A DNA stretch of 63,929 bases, counting the filler, from Polymyxa betae A26-41 (taxonomy: Eukaryota > Protista > Endomyxa: Phytomyxea), in NCBI GenBank assembly GCA_003693705.1. It is 10 parts of 10 records of this genome, joined end to end, with 100 filler letters (N's around TTAATTAATTAA, not from the genome) between each part and the next. Parts side by side here need not be neighbours in the genome. Positions count along the whole stretch, not along the records: positions 61,668 to 63,929 come from RBZT01000021.1; 9 more parts are not named here. The stretch is one strand, 5' to 3'. The notes beneath the pieces were generated by a model, which was not told the DNA's origin, did no database searches, and was given only the letters and a program-made list of their open reading frames with translations. A program made the position numbers and the translations under genes. Positions 61,668 through 63,929 of this stretch are shown here, in pieces; position 1 is the stretch's first letter; the number at the start of each line of letters is the position of its first letter.

Positions 61668-63929
61668 AGACGTGGGGCCAATCCGAAAAGTTCAACAGGA
61701 ATTCAGATGTTAACGCTCGCAGCACAAAGAGAACTTCTCGATTCTGGCGTTCAATCGTGCCATTTGGCCAATGCAAATATGGCAGACAGAAATGATGCTC
61801 CTAATCTCAAGGATTCGTTCCAAATCCTCCATCACCTTATTCTTGAAATGTGATCCGCTATCAGATACATGAATAGGCACAACTCCAAAGCGCATAAACC
61901 ATTGAAGCAGCGCCTTCACAACGACAGAATTTTCTGCTTCGACAGCAGGAACAAGCTCCTTAAACCCGGAGAAATCATCCATCAAAACTAAGACGTACTT
62001 GAAAGAATGTGTAGCTGATTTCGGTGGTTTCGAAATGAACAGAAAATCATAATGAATGACCTGGTTAGGTTTCGCAGCATGCATGGCATGTCTATGCGGT
62101 CTCGCGATAACCTTATCCTTGATAGCCAGACAGTTCAAACATTGTCGGACGAACAGCTCGACGTCCCGCGACACTGTTGGCCACCAGAAACGCTTTCCGA
62201 TCTCCATCAACGTGGCATCGACACCACGATGTCCAGCGCTAGCACAGTGGGCTATAATACTTAAACGAACCCTCAGATGCTCAGTCGGCACCCACGCGCG
62301 GCCTTCTTCATCCGTATAGAGACCAGAATCTTCATCAACCGACAGACGAGACTTGGTCGCCTCTTCCAGACTATCTAACATCTCCAGCTGAGACGCTTGA
62401 ATAGATACCAACGTTGGCCAGACCGCATCCTTCCAGTCCTTCCAGACTATGCCTGGTCGAAACGTCATTCCAGGCTTCTCTCCGGCCTAAAACGAATTCA
62501 CAGAGACAACAGGCGACTTCCAACGGCTCAGAATATCAGCCCAAATGTTAGTCTCTCCAGAAATATGGTAAATCATGTACCGGAAAGGACTTAATCTCCA
62601 GGTCCACCTCTCCAGCCGATCGCTGGTGTGCTTCGCTTCATTCACAGCTCGGCGTTCCGGGTCGAATATATAGACCAAATTCCTATGGTCAGTGAAAATC
62701 GTGAACCCTTTGTCCCTTAATAAGAAATGCTTCAGGCGAATCGTAGCCTCCATAATGGGAAAGGCTTCTTTCTCAATGATGGTCCATCTCTGCTGAGCGC
62801 CTCGAAACGTACCACTAAGAAAGGCCAAAGGCTCGTGCCACTGGTCGGCGATATCCCTCTTCTTCAGCATCTCCGGATCTGTTTGTGTCAGCATGATACC
62901 CCAGTGATCTTTGCTGGCGTCAGCAAACAAACAAAACATCGTGTCATCTTTAGGATTCGCCAAGGTCACAGCCTTCGCGATCACATCCTTACAATCCTCG
63001 AAACAACAAGCATGCTTCTCGGAAAATCCAGCTGTAGTTAACGGTATGGTCGATAGAGCTTTTCGTGTGCTCGAATTCGCTAACTGCATACAATGCTTTA
63101 GTAGATCCTGCAGCGGCGCTACGATTGTCGAGAACTTCGGGATCGACGTTCGCATCCAGCTCAATCCACAGACGAACTTCTGCAGATCCGCTGCGGTCGC
63201 CGGCGGCGGTAAGGCCACCAAACCATCGATCATGGCCTTGTCAAAAGCCACTCCACGTTCCGATATCGTACGGCCACACCACTTCGCCTCGGTCGTGTAC
63301 AACACGCACCGTGTCGCATTCAGCTTAATCCCAAATAAGCGTAAGCGTTCGAAGACCTTTCGTAGGGCCTGCACTAAATCTTCGTCAGATTTCGCTTTAA
63401 CCAGCAGGTCGTCAATCCATATCAGAACCGAACTATAGAGTAACTCATCCCCAATAGCTTCCTGCATTCCGGCCTGAAAATGTCCCACTGCGTCAGTACT
63501 TCCTTGAATAACACGATCCGATGTGAAAACACCATCATGCGTCATAAACGAGAAGTACTCCTGGCAATCAGGGTCCACTGGGAACTGCCAGTAACCTTTG
63601 AAAGCATCCAGAACCGCGAACCTGGCGGCTCCAGATAGATGAGCCATAACCACCTCGAATATAGGCATCGGCCACGAAGACGGGATCGTGATCGCGTACA
63701 CAGCACGCAAATCCACGGTCATGCGGTAGCCCCGTTTGCCTGGCTTCGCGACAACCAGCGCGGGAGAGGAACAGCATGCATTCGGGTTCCGTCGCACGAA
63801 CCCGTTCCGTTCCAGCTCCGACACAATTTCAGAAAGAAACGCCCTGTGGTGGGGCGGATAACGTCTCGCTCGCGCCCTCGGCAGCTCAGCATCCTGTTTG
63901 ATGCGGATCTTCATTGGCGTAATCCGAGC
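61668..63929 (-). mobile_element. Ty3/gypsy pol (RT, RNase H, integrase), largely intact
   Basis: ORFs 62487-63914 and 61710-62468: YRMTVDLR, LDAFKGYWQ, WIDDLL, FADAS, IEKEAF, TDHRNL, H-H-C-C, DDFSG, SDSGSHF. Confidence 0.96.

Noticed and set aside
62911-63438. Plus-strand ORFs overlapping gypsy pol (and similar antisense ORFs elsewhere)
   Set aside because: Shadow frames of the real minus-strand pol.
61202-63929. Treating the chromodomain/LTR end and the adjacent pol as one element
   Set aside because: They are separated by an artificial spacer; same orientation is suggestive but linkage is unproven.

Overview
This is eukaryotic nuclear DNA, not a prokaryotic locus. The window is an artificial concatenation of 10 contigs joined by 100-nt spacers (44 N + TTAATTAATTAA + 44 N), so adjacency across spacers carries no biological meaning. 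Short GT-AG introns (~40-60 nt), TTTAGGG-type repeats, signal-peptide ankyrin/RING proteins and oomycete-like TE families suggest a microbial eukaryote, plausibly a plasmodiophorid-like plant parasite (inference only). Most of the sequence is nested, decayed transposons: Ty1/copia, Ty3/gypsy chromoviruses, Harbinger, MULE, Tc1/IS630, pogo and MITEs. Host-type genes include a GT61 glycosyltransferase and several candidate secreted effectors. Most notable: (1) a 1.17-kb copia-type element with a 5-bp TSD whose 5' LTR is a 63-bp-arm palindrome, with U3 replaced by an inverted R-U5 copy; (2) a same-strand chain of intron-retaining fragments of unrelated housekeeping genes (AsnRS, UBA1-like E1, SNF2 helicase, RFC1, possibly a kinase), resembling serial gene capture; (3) Tc1/pogo elements carrying a second, convergent cargo gene; (4) a ubiquitin-system theme: signal peptide + C4HC3 RING paralogues, signal peptide + F-box-like + ankyrin, and a USP-like protease next to a transposon end; (5) an intron containing a telomere repeat inside a Harbinger transposase, a tiny nad2 NUMT, and a ~200-nt candidate structured RNA. 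All family assignments come from motif recognition by eye; no database searches were run.
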